Shown: positions 50,648 to 60,663, counted from the stretch's first letter. The stretch: 64,000 nt of DNA from Spirochaetota bacterium (GCA_035477215.1 DATIKU010000049.1:70058-134057); one strand, 5' to 3'. Numbers and translations: made by a program. The notes: generated from the letters alone by a model not told the origin.

Positions 50648-51934
50648 ATGGGCGAAAATGAAAACCTGAGCATCGATTTCTCGGAGCTCAAGTACCTCGA
50701 GCGCCAGCTCCACAACCTGAGCAGGCTGGTTGAGATTAACGGAATCATCAACTCCACCCTCGATATAGCGAAGCTTTTAACGATCGTCATGGAAATCATC
50801 AAGGAGATAATGGAAACCGAGGCAAGCACCCTGCTCCTCTACGAGGAGCAGACGCGCGAGCTGGTGTTTAAAGTGGCGCTTGGCGAGGCCGGCAAGGAAC
50901 TGCAGGAGCGATACCGGGTCAAGATAGGCCAGGGAATAGCCGGATGGGTTGCCGAAAACCGCGCCACGGTCTACATCAATGACGCTTACGCCGACGAGCG
51001 GTTCGATCCGTCGTTCGACGCCAAGACGGGATTTACTACGCGGTCCATGCTGTGCGCGCCGCTGCTTTTCAAGGGACGCCTTGTCGGAGTGATCCAGGCG
51101 ATCAATCCGGTCAACCGTCCCGGTTTCGACGACGAGGACGTGGTGCTGTTCAACGCGTTCGCGACGCAGTGCGTGCTGGCGGTGCAGAACGCCATTTTCT
51201 TCCAGAACGCGCTGGAGGAGGAGCGCATCAAGAACGAGTTGACCGCCGCGCACTCCATCCAGCGGTCGCTTCTTCCGGCGGTAAACCGACGTTACAAGAA
51301 CGTCGCCATCGGCGCGCGCTCCATATCGGCGCGGGAGGTGGGCGGAGAATTCTATGACATCTTTTTTCTTAAAGACAATTCCATCGCGGTGGCGCTGGGC
51401 GACCTCCATACCAAGGGGATACCGGGGGCGCTGTATGCCTCGGTCGTTAACGGCGCGGTCAAGGCGCTCTCGCACGGGAGGTCCGAAAATCCGGCCGGGA
51501 TAATCTCGTTTGTGCAGGACGTCATGCGCGATCACATGAGCGAGACGGTCGGGCTCTCGCTGTTCTACGGCATTCTACGGTGCGACGAGGATACCATGCG
51601 CTTCGCGAGCACCGGGATCGCCTATCCCATACTGGTGCGCGAGGGCGTGGCGCGATATCTGCGTTTCGGCGCGGCGGCCGGCGAGAACGCCACCAGGAAC
51701 GTAAGCGTCAAACTCAAGCCGGGAGACTCTTTCGTCATTATTTCCGATGGATTGATCAACGTAAAAAACCGCGCCGGGCAGCTCCTGGGCCTGAATCGCG
51801 TCATGAAACGCCTCGAGGCGAGCTTCGATAGCCCTGAGGCGATCATCGATTCGCTCCTCGGCCTGACGGAAGAGTTCACCGAGAGGCTCCAGCGTCGCGA
51901 AGACATCTCGATCATAGTTTTCAGGATGGAGTAG
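50648..51934 (+). CDS. GAF-domain PP2C-type (SpoIIE/RsbU-like) serine phosphatase.
   Basis: N-terminal GAF domain. C-terminal PP2C motifs GDLHTKGIPGALY ... IISDGL. Confidence 0.8.
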   Translation: MGENENLSIDFSELKYLERQLHNLSRLVEINGIINSTLDIAKLLTIVMEIIKEIMETEASTLLLYEEQTRELVFKVALGEAGKELQERYRVKIGQGIAGWVAENRATVYINDAYADERFDPSFDAKTGFTTRSMLCAPLLFKGRLVGVIQAINPVNRPGFDDEDVVLFNAFATQCVLAVQNAIFFQNALEEERIKNELTAAHSIQRSLLPAVNRRYKNVAIGARSISAREVGGEFYDIFFLKDNSIAVALGDLHTKGIPGALYASVVNGAVKALSHGRSENPAGIISFVQDVMRDHMSETVGLSLFYGILRCDEDTMRFASTGIAYPILVREGVARYLRFGAAAGENATRNVSVKLKPGDSFVIISDGLINVKNRAGQLLGLNRVMKRLEASFDSPEAIIDSLLGLTEEFTERLQRREDISIIVFRME

Positions 51935-51939
51935 AAGGC

Positions 51940-52002
51940 GCTAATACGAATTTGCGCCGTGCTAATACGAATTCGCGCCGCGCTAATACGAATTCGCGTC
52001 CG
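51940..52002. repeat. 3 x 21-nt tandem direct repeat (gctaatacgaattYgcgYccg).
   Basis: Three consecutive units, each containing the palindrome cgaattcg. It lies 6 nt after the PP2C stop, in a convergent intergenic region. Confidence 0.85.
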
Positions 52003-52045
52003 TTGAATGCGGATCAGTTCCGCGGGGAGTGATGAAGCCGTATAC

Positions 52046-52861
52046 TCAGCGCCCGAATATCCGCTTCAGAACGACCCTGAAAAAGAAGAATTTAATGCGG
52101 ACGACCCTGCCGATTCTCCATGGTTTGGTAATGATGCGGTAGAACCAGTCCAGGCCGCGGTCCATAAAGAAGGCGGGGGCCTTTTTGATCTCACCGGAGA
52201 TTGTGTCGATCGCGCCGCCGACGCCGATGAGCACCGCATTCCTGAATTCGTTGCGGTACTTGTCGATCCAGCGGTCCTCCTTGGGAAAACCGAGTCCGAC
52301 GAAGATGATGTTGGCATTCGACTTGCGTATGGCCTCGACGACCGATTTTTCGCGCTCGGCGTTGAAATACCCGCCGTGCCGGCCGACGATCCGGATATTC
52401 GGGAATGATTTGTGAATGTTCGAGAAGGTCCTCTCCACGATCTCCGGGCGCGCCCCCACGAGAAATATCGAATATTCCTTGATCTCGGCGATGCGCACGA
52501 GATCCATAAGAAAGCTGATGGGAGGTATCCGTTCCTTGAGGGGCGTCTTGAGAAACTTCGCGGCCCAACCCAGTCCCGCGCCGCTTGCGATGTGCATGGA
52601 GGCCCTGCTCGAGATGAGCTGAAGGTCCGCGTTGGATTTGTACCGGTGGAGCTTGTACGGGTTGAGAAGGATGACGTGGTGGGTCCCGCCGGTGTCGATC
52701 ATCTTTATAACCTTCACGACGGCCTGCGATCTGGTGACGTTGTCGATTCCGATCCCGAGAATGTTGACGATGTTGGCGTCATCGAGCTTTACCTGGTTGT
52801 ACTCGAGAACGATGTCGCGCTCTTCCTTCCACGAGTCATAATAAACAGAGTCCTTGACCAC
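52046..52861 (-). CDS. WecB/TagA/CpsF family glycosyltransferase.
   Basis: ILGIGIDNVT ... LVGARPEIVE ... VGLGFPKEDRW. Confidence 0.8.
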   Translation of the reverse strand: MVKDSVYYDSWKEERDIVLEYNQVKLDDANIVNILGIGIDNVTRSQAVVKVIKMIDTGGTHHVILLNPYKLHRYKSNADLQLISSRASMHIASGAGLGWAAKFLKTPLKERIPPISFLMDLVRIAEIKEYSIFLVGARPEIVERTFSNIHKSFPNIRIVGRHGGYFNAEREKSVVEAIRKSNANIIFVGLGFPKEDRWIDKYRNEFRNAVLIGVGGAIDTISGEIKKAPAFFMDRGLDWFYRIITKPWRIGRVVRIKFFFFRVVLKRIFGR

Positions 52862-53161
52862 CGCGTCCTCCCGTCACGTGCTTGTGAAGTTGTATCGCTA
52901 TAGCGCGAATGATGCGGAATTAAACAGGCCCGGCGACTCTACCCCGCCTGCGGCGGGGTAGAGCGGTTTTACCTGTTTTAAAGCATCAGACGTATTGCAT
53001 ATCCTGAGAATACCGTGTTTCCACTTGCGCAACAGCTTTATTGTACTCATGGTATAAAATCGGCGTGAGTGGATTTTTTAATTGAAATAGATCGGTGTCA
53101 ATACAAAAATAAGAAACGCCGGAGTCGCGTGACCGGCGATAGACGGACTGAAGAGGTGGAG

Positions 53162-53935
53162 ATGGAGAGGCTTGATGAAGTGAGGGCGTTTCTCGAATTC
53201 GATCGGGCGCGGGGCGGGTATGTCGAGCCGCCCGCGCGGATGGACGCCGTTCGGGAACGACTGTTCGATGTTATACACACGTATAATCCAGGTGTAATCG
53301 TCAAGGCGGGGCTCGGCGGCGGGCGCCTGCTGAGTGAGATGGTTGAGAACAGCGAGGCGTATATCGTGGTGGTGGAGCCCTCGCTCGGCGCCATCAACGG
53401 ATTCCTCGGGCGGTGCAAGGCCCCCGTCCGCGAGCGGATCCGCTTCGTAAACGGCGATTTTCATGATTTTCCGATCGACTACTACAAGGCGGATTTGCTC
53501 GTATGTGTCGATTGCATCGATATCTTCGATTCAAGCCGCTCGATCGACGAGTTCAGGCGAGCCCTTCAGTTCGATGGCATACTCTTCCTGTGTACGGTGG
53601 TGCTTGAGAATGAGGACGCCGACGGCGTTTATGACGAATATATGCACGCCGTCTTTCCCCTGCACAACGACTATTACCTGGAAGACGACCTTAAAACCTT
53701 TCTCGAGCTGAAGGATTTCCGCTTCATAAAGGGGAGCGTGCTGAAATTCGAAAAGAATCTGAAGACGGAAACGGCGTATTTCGGGGAGCACTACGAAAAT
53801 GTCACCTGGCCGGAAGTGTATGCGCTACTGGAGCGGCACAATGGACCCATGCGGAAGCTCTACGCGATGGACGATGAGTTGCTTATCAGGGAGCCCTACA
53901 TGATCGGCTGTTTCATGCGCAACAAGCCGTCGTAA
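53162..53935 (+). CDS. Hypothetical protein, possible SAM-dependent methyltransferase fold.
   Basis: VKAGLGGGRLL Gly-rich motif. The upstream GTG 53069 is an alternative start. An extended -10-like tgGTATAAAAT lies at 53050-53060. Confidence 0.45.
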   Translation: MERLDEVRAFLEFDRARGGYVEPPARMDAVRERLFDVIHTYNPGVIVKAGLGGGRLLSEMVENSEAYIVVVEPSLGAINGFLGRCKAPVRERIRFVNGDFHDFPIDYYKADLLVCVDCIDIFDSSRSIDEFRRALQFDGILFLCTVVLENEDADGVYDEYMHAVFPLHNDYYLEDDLKTFLELKDFRFIKGSVLKFEKNLKTETAYFGEHYENVTWPEVYALLERHNGPMRKLYAMDDELLIREPYMIGCFMRNKPS

Positions 53936-53980
53936 CGGCCCGGCGGCCGCTGTTTCGCGGCCGCCGCTGTTTCGCGGTGA

Positions 53981-54766
53981 CTACTTGGCGAGCATGCCGC
54001 CGTCGACGGGAATGATGGCGCCCGTAACATAGTCCGACGCCTTCGACGCCAGAAAAACGGCAAGCCCCTTTATGTCATCCTCCTCGCCCATCTTCGGTAT
54101 GGGAATCTGCATGAGCATCGCATTTTTCAGCGGCTCCATCTCGGCCTTGTCGAGGTATCCCATCATATCGGTGTGGAAGAACCCCGGTGCGATTGCGTTG
54201 ACGTATATCTTGTATCGCGCCAGCTTGATCGCGAGGTTCATGGTAAGGAGATTGATTGCGGCCTTGGACGAATTGTAAGCCACGGCCGGGTGCGCCTCCT
54301 CGATCGAGCCGCGAAAACCCATCACCGACGAGATGTTGATGATCTTTCCGCCTCCCTTTTCTTTCATAACTCTCGCGGCTTCCTGCGACAGTATCCAGAC
54401 GCCTTTTACGTTTACGTCGAAAATCTTTTCCCATTTATCCAACGGGAAGTCGAGCGTGGGAGCCCCCCAGGTGATGCCGGCGTTGTTGACCAGGATGTCG
54501 ATGGTGCCGAATTCCTTTCTGGCGGTCTCCACCAGCGTGCGGATCTCGTCCGGTGAACCCATATCGCATTTTACCGGCAGACACTTTACCCCGAGCTTCG
54601 AAATCTCCTCGGCGGTTTTTGAAAGCGTATCGAGCTTGCGTGAGGCGATGATTACATCCGCGCCGGCCTCGGCGAGCCCGGTGGCGATGAACTTGCCGAT
54701 ACCCCTTCCGCCGCCGGTGACGATTGCCTTTTTGCCCTTCAGGCTGAACAGATCGAGTAATTTCAT
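53981..54766 (-). CDS. SDR-family oxidoreductase.
   Basis: TGGGRGIG ... NNAG ... YNSSK. Confidence 0.85.
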   Translation of the reverse strand: MKLLDLFSLKGKKAIVTGGGRGIGKFIATGLAEAGADVIIASRKLDTLSKTAEEISKLGVKCLPVKCDMGSPDEIRTLVETARKEFGTIDILVNNAGITWGAPTLDFPLDKWEKIFDVNVKGVWILSQEAARVMKEKGGGKIINISSVMGFRGSIEEAHPAVAYNSSKAAINLLTMNLAIKLARYKIYVNAIAPGFFHTDMMGYLDKAEMEPLKNAMLMQIPIPKMGEEDDIKGLAVFLASKASDYVTGAIIPVDGGMLAK

Positions 54767-55019
54767 GGGAACCTCCTCGAGAGATAGTAAAATAAATTCA
54801 TTAAGAATACCGCGGGATGGGCCAGGGCGTTTTCGGCCCGCGCGCCGCGCTCCGATAAATGATCGAGCGCCGTAGGATTCTGTCCAGTACAATTTGGACG
54901 TGTAAAAAATTGTTGACAATGCCGGGCGCCAAACGGTTATGTAAAAACACGGAAAGGCCGGGCGGTGGCGGATCGATGCGCCTATCGGACTTGCGGTCTG
55001 TTCACATATAGAATTATTT

Positions 55020-55094
55020 GGGCGATTAGCTCAGTTTGGTTAGAGCGCCTGCTCGACACGCAGGAGGTCATTGGTTCGACTCCGATATCGCCCA
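55020..55094 (+). tRNA. tRNA-Val (anticodon GAC); position 33 appears to be C.
   Basis: Acceptor GGGCGAT/ATCGCCC. D-arm GCTCAGTTTGGTTAGAGC. Anticodon stem CCTGC/GCAGG with loop TCGACAC. Confidence 0.7.
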
Positions 55095-55121
55095 ACTTTT
55101 CTTTTTCAGGGGTGCCGTTAA

Positions 55122-57044
55122 TTGTCCAGCGAAGTCAAAGTTACCCTCCCGGACGGATCCTCCCTCCCGGTCGAATCGAACTCCTCGGTCTACGAGGTGG
55201 CCGGTAAAATCGGAAAGAAACTCCAGAAGGCCGCGCTGGTCGCCGCCGTCGATGACCGGCCGGTCGACCTGGCGTTTCGCCTTGCCGGCGACTCGGGCCT
55301 GAAGCTGTTCACCTTCGCGAGCGCGGAGGGCAAAGACGCGTTCTGGCACACGGCCTCGCACCTTCTGGCGCAGTCGGTAAAGCGGCTCTTCCCGGGCGCG
55401 AAGCTCGCCATCGGCCCTGCCATCGACAACGGCTTCTACTACGATTTCGAGGTGGAGCGAAACTTCTCTCCCGAAGACCTTGTGAAGATCGAGGCCGAGA
55501 TGGCGAAGATCGTCGCCGAGGACCTCGAGGTCGTCCGCGAGGAGATGCCGCGGCGCAAGGCGATCGAATATTTCTCCTCGATCGGCGAAAGTTACAAGAT
55601 CGAACTGCTCGAGGGCCTGGCCGATGGAGCGGTTTCGCTCTACCGCCAGGGCGAGTTCGTCGACCTCTGCCGCGGACCGCACCTTCCGCGCACCTCGTAT
55701 ATAAGGGCCTTCAAGCTGTTGTCGATCGCCGGGGCATACTGGCGCGGCGACGAGAAGCGCCCCATGCTCCAGCGCATCTACGGCACAGCGTGGCCCACGG
55801 AAGACGGGCTCGACGCGTATCTCAAACATCTGGAAGAGGTCGAGAAGCGCGACCATCGCAAGTTGGGCAGGGATCTCGACCTCTACTCGGTGCGCGACGA
55901 AACCGGCGCGGGCCTCATCCTGTGGCATCCCAAAGGGGCGCGCCTGCGCCATATAATCGAAAGCTTCTGGCGCGAAGAGCATTACAAAAACGGTTACGAC
56001 CTGGTATACTCGCCGCACATCGGAAAATCAACGCTCTGGAATATCAGCGGGCACCTCGGCTTCTACAACGAGAACATGTATTCGCCGATGGACATCGACG
56101 GGCAGGAATACTACGTCAAGCCCATGAACTGCCCCTTCCATATAATGATATACAAGGGCAGGGGATGGTCCTACCGCGACCTGCCGCTGCGCTGGGCGGA
56201 GCTCGGCACCGTTTACCGGTACGAGCGAAGCGGCGTATTGCACGGGCTGCTTCGCGTGCGCGGCTTTACCCAGGACGATGCCCACCTTATCTGTCGTCCC
56301 GACCAGATGCCCGAGGAGATCGACCGCGTGCTCGCCTTCTGCCTGTACATGCTCCGGTCGTTCGGTTTTTCCGATTTCAAGGTTTACCTCGCCACGCGCC
56401 CCGGGGAGAAGTTCGTGGGCGATGAGGCGATGTGGAGCGAGGCCACTCAGGCACTCAAGGAGTCGGTGGAGCGCGCCGGGATCGATTACGAGGTGGATGA
56501 CGGCGGCGGTGCGTTCTATGGCCCCAAGATCGATATCAAGATAAAAGACGCGCTCGGCCGAGAGTGGCAGTGCAGTACCATACAGTTCGATTTCAACATG
56601 CCCGAGCGCTTCGACGTCACCTACGTCGGTAGCGACGGCCAGAAGCACCGTCCCTGCATGATACACCGCGCGCTCCTGGGCTCCATCGAGCGATTCGTCG
56701 GCGTGCTGGTGGAACACTATGCGGGGAAATTCCCGCTGTGGCTCTCTCCGGTGCAGGTTGCGCTGCTCAATGTCGTTTCGGAGGCCGCCGACCACACCGC
56801 GCACCTGCGCGATGAGCTGATGCGCCGGGGACTGCGTGTCGAAACCGATCTGCGTGATGAGACCATCGGCTACAAGATCCGCGACGCGATCGAGAAGAAG
56901 GTGCCGTATATAGGCGTGATTGGCAAAAAGGAAGTCGAGAGCGGGACCATTTCGGTACGCAGGCGCGGAGAAACCTCCTCGCGGGCGCTGCCGGTCGAGG
57001 AGTTCGCCGCCCTGCTGAAGGCGGAAGCCGCCGAAAAAGCGTAA
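55122..57044 (+). CDS. thrS: Threonyl-tRNA synthetase.
   Basis: TGS, editing and class II catalytic domains. The only plausible in-frame start is TTG 55122. Confidence 0.9.
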   Translation: MSSEVKVTLPDGSSLPVESNSSVYEVAGKIGKKLQKAALVAAVDDRPVDLAFRLAGDSGLKLFTFASAEGKDAFWHTASHLLAQSVKRLFPGAKLAIGPAIDNGFYYDFEVERNFSPEDLVKIEAEMAKIVAEDLEVVREEMPRRKAIEYFSSIGESYKIELLEGLADGAVSLYRQGEFVDLCRGPHLPRTSYIRAFKLLSIAGAYWRGDEKRPMLQRIYGTAWPTEDGLDAYLKHLEEVEKRDHRKLGRDLDLYSVRDETGAGLILWHPKGARLRHIIESFWREEHYKNGYDLVYSPHIGKSTLWNISGHLGFYNENMYSPMDIDGQEYYVKPMNCPFHIMIYKGRGWSYRDLPLRWAELGTVYRYERSGVLHGLLRVRGFTQDDAHLICRPDQMPEEIDRVLAFCLYMLRSFGFSDFKVYLATRPGEKFVGDEAMWSEATQALKESVERAGIDYEVDDGGGAFYGPKIDIKIKDALGREWQCSTIQFDFNMPERFDVTYVGSDGQKHRPCMIHRALLGSIERFVGVLVEHYAGKFPLWLSPVQVALLNVVSEAADHTAHLRDELMRRGLRVETDLRDETIGYKIRDAIEKKVPYIGVIGKKEVESGTISVRRRGETSSRALPVEEFAALLKAEAAEKA

Positions 57045-57240
57045 AAAAGCATACCCTGACGGCGGTATGACGAAATTTTGTTGATTAATATAGGCATATG
57101 CTGTCAATGTGGCCCAGTGCCGGTTCTTAACGGATTCGGGCGGGTGGGGTGTCCGGCGCGCGTTTTTTTTGCCTGCCGCGTACCATGCCCTTCGCGGGCG
57201 GTCTTATTAATCTTTGCTTGAGGGCGGAAGGAGGCTTCGC

Positions 57241-57774
57241 ATAGACAAATCAGATATAAAACGCTACCGGATCAACGATCAGATCAGGGAGCCGATGGTC
57301 AGGCTTGTCGGAGAAGAGGGAGGGCCCCAGGTCGTACCGACCGAAGAGGCCATGGGTATCGCGAAGAACAAGGAGATGGATCTCGTGGAGATTTCTCCGG
57401 ACCAGGATCCCCCGATCGTCAAGATCATTGATTTCAGCAAATTCCGATTTGAGCAGATTAAAAAGGCCAAAGAGGCGAAGAAAAAGCAGAAGGTCATTCA
57501 CGTAAAGGAAATCAAGTTCCGGCCGTCAATCGATTCCAATGATTACAGGCACAAGGTCAATCATGCCAGGGAGTTCCTGGAAAAGGGCGACAAGGTGAAG
57601 TTCACCCTTATGTTCCGGGGAAGGGAGATTGTTCACAACGAACTGGGCTTCAAGGTGATGGATAACATCCAGAAAGACCTCGAGCAGTCCGCCCTGATCG
57701 AGAAAAAGGCTTCCATTGAGGGAAGGAATATAACGATGATAATGACGCCCGCGCCGTCGGTGGTGAAGAAGTAG
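57241..57774 (+). CDS. infC: Translation initiation factor IF-3, probably with an AUA start codon.
   Basis: IF-3 homology begins at IDKSDIKRYRIN. GGAGG lies 6 nt upstream of ATA 57241. There is no in-frame ATG or GTG nearby. Confidence 0.8.
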   Translation: MDKSDIKRYRINDQIREPMVRLVGEEGGPQVVPTEEAMGIAKNKEMDLVEISPDQDPPIVKIIDFSKFRFEQIKKAKEAKKKQKVIHVKEIKFRPSIDSNDYRHKVNHAREFLEKGDKVKFTLMFRGREIVHNELGFKVMDNIQKDLEQSALIEKKASIEGRNITMIMTPAPSVVKK

Positions 57775-57802
57775 CGGCGGGGCTTTTCGGAGCGAGGAAA
57801 AA

Positions 57803-58000
57803 ATGCCAAAGATGAAGACGAACAGCGGAGCTAAAAAGCGGTTCAAGGTCACCAAGAACGGAAAGGTGAAGCGGGCCAACGGCAATAGGAGCCATTTGCT
57901 TGAGGCGAAATCGTCAAAGCGGAAAAGACAGCTTCGCAGTCCCAGCCTCGTCCATGAGACCGAGCTCGACCGTGTTCGACGCATGCTTCCCTACGGCTGA
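57803..58000 (+). CDS. rpmI: 50S ribosomal protein L35.
   Basis: MPKMKTNSGAKKRFK. Confidence 0.95.
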   Translation: MPKMKTNSGAKKRFKVTKNGKVKRANGNRSHLLEAKSSKRKRQLRSPSLVHETELDRVRRMLPYG

Positions 58001-58045
58001 TTCGCCGGGGGAACCGATTACTGAAACATTTCGAGGGGAAGAGTT

Positions 58046-58402
58046 ATGCCACGTGCAACAACCGGAAAGGTACATCATAAAAGGCGCGAAAAGATCTTAA
58101 AGGATGTACAGGGCTTTTACGGGGCCCGAAAGAACCTTTTTAGAACGGCGAAAGACGCGCGGCGCAAGGCGCTGCAGAACTCATATAAGGACCGCAGGCG
58201 CAGGAAGCGGGACTTCAGGGCGCTGTGGATCATACGGATCAATGCGGCGGCTCGCCTTAACGGTATCTCCTACAGCCGGCTCATCGCCGGGATGGGGCTG
58301 GCCGGTATAACCATGAATCGAAAGCTGATGGCCGAGCTTGCCGTGAGCGACCCGAACGCCTTCGCGCAGATCGTTAACGCGGTCAAGGAAAAGGTGTCCT
58401 GA
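58046..58402 (+). CDS. rplT: 50S ribosomal protein L20.
   Basis: MPRATTGKVHHKRREKILK. Confidence 0.95.
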   Translation: MPRATTGKVHHKRREKILKDVQGFYGARKNLFRTAKDARRKALQNSYKDRRRRKRDFRALWIIRINAAARLNGISYSRLIAGMGLAGITMNRKLMAELAVSDPNAFAQIVNAVKEKVS

Positions 58403-58447
58403 GCGTCGATTGTTCCGGACGCTCGGCCTGAACGCCGGGAGCACATC

Positions 58448-59353
58448 ATGCCTGTGAAAAAAAGCGCCCTCTTCGCGGCGCTTGTTTCATTTCTGGCCCT
58501 TGCGGCGGCCTCCCGGGCCTCAATGCCTCTTACCGAAACGATCGCGACCCTGCCCGAAGGCGCGGTGGAGCTGTTCGTCGACGGGGAATTCTTCACCCAC
58601 GACAACGGCTACCGGCGCGATACGCTCGGTATCGGCTTCGGAATCGTCGACCGTCTCTGCGCCCGGGTTTATTTCCAGTATCTGCATGATGGTTTTCCGT
58701 CTTCGCGCGACGCCGTTGTGGGCGATACGTTCGTTCGCCTCTGGTGGTACGCCGGCGCCGCCGCCGCCGCCGCGCCGCGCTGGGGATTGCTCGCGCTGTT
58801 TCGCTTTCCGACGGGTCCCAACGCCTATACCGACGAGCGATGGCGAAACCTCGCCCTCGGCAACAACGAGCTGAAGCTGGGGCCGGTGGCCCAGTACGAG
58901 GTGGGCGTGCTGTTTCTTCACGCCAACCTGTTCTACGTTTTCAGGGAAAAAAACCGGGAAGGGTTTTATAACGGACTGTACCTGAATCCCGTGGAAAAGG
59001 AAACGTATGACAAGGCCTTCGGGCTCAACTTCATGGCCGACGGCACTTTCCTCGATCCGGGGCGGCTCGAGAACGATTACGCGGTCGCCTCGCTCGCGCT
59101 GAACACCGACGCGCTCTATCCGTTAATCCCGTGGATATCCGCCTACGCGTCCCGTCGTTTCACACGCGTACGGGACGAGATCGAGGAGATTCCCATCGAG
59201 GGGGCACTCGTCAATCCGCTGCTCTTCTCGGCCGGCGCGCGATTCTTTTTTTCGTACAATGCGTTTGCCGGTATTTCGACGACCGTAAGCGCCGTCAGGA
59301 AACGGCACTATCCCGGTGAGACGATAGGCGTTGAGATAAGGCTCCAATTTTAG
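58448..59353 (+). CDS. Secreted / outer-membrane beta-barrel-like protein.
   Basis: Signal peptide. Aromatic-rich. C-terminal RLQF. Confidence 0.55.
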   Translation: MPVKKSALFAALVSFLALAAASRASMPLTETIATLPEGAVELFVDGEFFTHDNGYRRDTLGIGFGIVDRLCARVYFQYLHDGFPSSRDAVVGDTFVRLWWYAGAAAAAAPRWGLLALFRFPTGPNAYTDERWRNLALGNNELKLGPVAQYEVGVLFLHANLFYVFREKNREGFYNGLYLNPVEKETYDKAFGLNFMADGTFLDPGRLENDYAVASLALNTDALYPLIPWISAYASRRFTRVRDEIEEIPIEGALVNPLLFSAGARFFFSYNAFAGISTTVSAVRKRHYPGETIGVEIRLQF

Positions 59354-59582
59354 GATAAAAAAACTTGATTATATTTTATACCTGTGCGTATACTTGAGTT
59401 GTCGCAAAATAGAGATGAAAGGCCGTTTATCGTCTTTTTTATTGCAGAGAGTGGTAATTACCGCCGAAAATATGGTGAGGCGGTGCGTTTGAACGCATTG
59501 CGACCTGCTTTTTGGCTGGCGCGCTTGTTGCCGTTCCTGACAACGACCGTGTGCCAACAATAACGAGGGAGGTATCAAAGGA

Positions 59583-60290
59583 ATGATTTCCATGCAGCAG
59601 CTCGAGGAGCTTGAAAGCAGGATAATAAAGGCGCTGCAGCTTATCGGCGACCTGAGGACTGAAAACTCGAGACTCGAGTCCGATAACGAGTCCCTCAAAG
59701 TCGTCGCCGAGGAGGCGAAGCTGAGCCTTGAAGAGAAGGAGCAGGAGCTGGCCCGCATCCAGCGCGAACTCGACGACACCGCGCGCGAGCTTGCCGAACT
59801 GAAGGACAAGGAAAACGTGCTGGAGAAGAAGATCATCGAGCTGTTAGGCAAGATGGACGCGCTTAAAACAGGCTCGGCCCCGATCTTCGAAAGAGGCACG
59901 CGCGCCGAAAGGCCCGCCGCGCGCGAATCGGCGCCGAAGAGCGCACCGCGCGTCGCTCCCCGCAGGGAAGACGTCAGCGTTGAGACCGTTCGCAGCGGCG
60001 ATGATATCGTGATTTCCGACAAGGACGACGATATCATCATTATCGACGATGACACCGCGCTCGCGGACGCGGACGTCCGGGTCGAGACCTCTCCCGGCAG
60101 GCCGGGCGGAGAAGACGAGATCATTCTCCTCGACGACGGCGCCGACGAAATAGTGATCGATGACGTTGACAGCGATCTGGTCATCATCGACGAAACGGAG
60201 AAGGGGAAATCCTCCAAGAAGAAGGGCAGGTCTTTCGACGAGCTCTCCATGGATGATGATTTCCTTATCATAGAAGAGGACGGCAAGTAG
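59583..60290 (+). CDS. ZapB-like coiled-coil protein with a long acidic Ile/Asp-repeat C-terminal tail.
   Basis: N-terminus MISMQQLEELESRIIKALQLIGDLRTENSRL. Tail IIIIDDD, IVIDDVD, LVIIDE, FLIIEED. Confidence 0.6.
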   Translation: MISMQQLEELESRIIKALQLIGDLRTENSRLESDNESLKVVAEEAKLSLEEKEQELARIQRELDDTARELAELKDKENVLEKKIIELLGKMDALKTGSAPIFERGTRAERPAARESAPKSAPRVAPRREDVSVETVRSGDDIVISDKDDDIIIIDDDTALADADVRVETSPGRPGGEDEIILLDDGADEIVIDDVDSDLVIIDETEKGKSSKKKGRSFDELSMDDDFLIIEEDGK

Positions 60291-60297
60291 GCGCGGC

Positions 60298-60663
60298 GTG
60301 AGCGTCGATGGCCGCAAAGGGAGGTTGCCGGTGGAGAACAGGGTGAAGGTTTCCATCTACGGCGGTACCTATTCGATCCAGGGAGAGGCGTCGCCGGAGT
60401 ATATCGAGCGACTGGCCCGTTTCGTAAATGAACGCATGGAAGAGGTGGGCCGCAGCCTGTCAAGCGGCACTCCGCTCCAGGTGGCGATTCTCGCGGCGCT
60501 CAATATCGCCGATGAATACATGCAGGTCAGAGACCTCAAGGTGGGACTGACCGGCGAACTCGAACGGAAGACGAGACAGTTGATCTCTCTCCTGGACGAG
60601 GGTCTTGTCGGTGATATCTTCTCGCAGTTTGAAGCCTCAAGGCCGCACCCGCCGATTCCCTGA
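60298..60663 (+). CDS. zapA: Cell division protein ZapA.
   Basis: VKVSIYGGTYSIQGEASPEYIERLARFVNERMEEV. Confidence 0.8.
   Translation: MSVDGRKGRLPVENRVKVSIYGGTYSIQGEASPEYIERLARFVNERMEEVGRSLSSGTPLQVAILAALNIADEYMQVRDLKVGLTGELERKTRQLISLLDEGLVGDIFSQFEASRPHPPIP

Noticed and set aside
53069-53161. GTG 53069 as the start of the methyltransferase-like gene.
   Set aside because: The TATAAAAT -10-like element at 53053-53060 would place the TSS at or after this codon. The ATG at 53162 is preferred, but this is unresolved.
55068-57107. Two long minus-strand ORFs (316 aa and 359 aa).
   Set aside because: Antisense to thrS.
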